From: Octopus sinensis
Taxonomy: Eukaryota
DNA length: 64,000 nucleotides
Reading direction: 5' to 3'
Assembly (NCBI RefSeq): GCF_006345805.1
Contig: NC_043002.1
Coordinates: forward strand, 109,616,001-109,680,000
The notes under the pieces are model-generated. The model worked only from the letters and a program-made list of their open reading frames with translations, searched no databases and had not been told where the DNA came from. Below, one piece after another: positions 63,785-64,000 of this stretch. Position 1 is the stretch's first letter; each line of letters starts with the position of its first letter. The translations under genes were made by a program, and so were the position numbers.

Positions 63785-64000
63785 GACAGAGTCCAGTAAA
63801 GAAATTAGTACAGGCATTAAGTCTTGTCAATACAGCAACTGTTTTCCTCAACCAATGCCCTATTCTCCCTAAAGTAGGAGACACAAAACAGGGAACATGT
63901 GTTGAAAGGTACTCAGTGGAAGTACAAGGTGTAGCTCCTCCCTACCATATATATATAAATTGGTGCCCTGGTTATATGGGGTAAGGGTTGACATCATCAC

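Overview
AT-rich, microsatellite-dense animal DNA. The SINE, LINE and Helitron families look like those of octopus (coleoid cephalopod); this is an inference from repeat content. The window holds most of one minus-strand gene, a CRIM1 (cysteine-rich motor neuron 1) orthologue. I traced 12 in-frame GT-AG exons from 45064 to a stop at 12061 (about 730 codons): Cys-rich repeats, 3 VWC, 3 antistasin-like repeats, 3 VWC, a stalk, a TM helix and a short tail. Two of these exons (34625-34749, 22910-23146) and the TM exon are not in the supplied ORF track. I could not find the signal-peptide/IGFBP 5' end. Introns are filled with tRNA-derived SINEs, RTE and CR1 LINE 3' ends, non-autonomous Helitrons, MITEs, a decayed maT (DD37D) transposon, a Penelope-like repeat and mini/microsatellites. 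Best leads: (1) a tandemly duplicated last exon giving two acceptors, predicting a type-I TM isoform versus a GPI-signal-like isoform; (2) a reshuffled CRIM1 domain layout, including an apparently paired cysteine loss; (3) a tRNA-headed repeat carrying a hammerhead-ribozyme-like core; (4) a 97-bp near-perfect hairpin.
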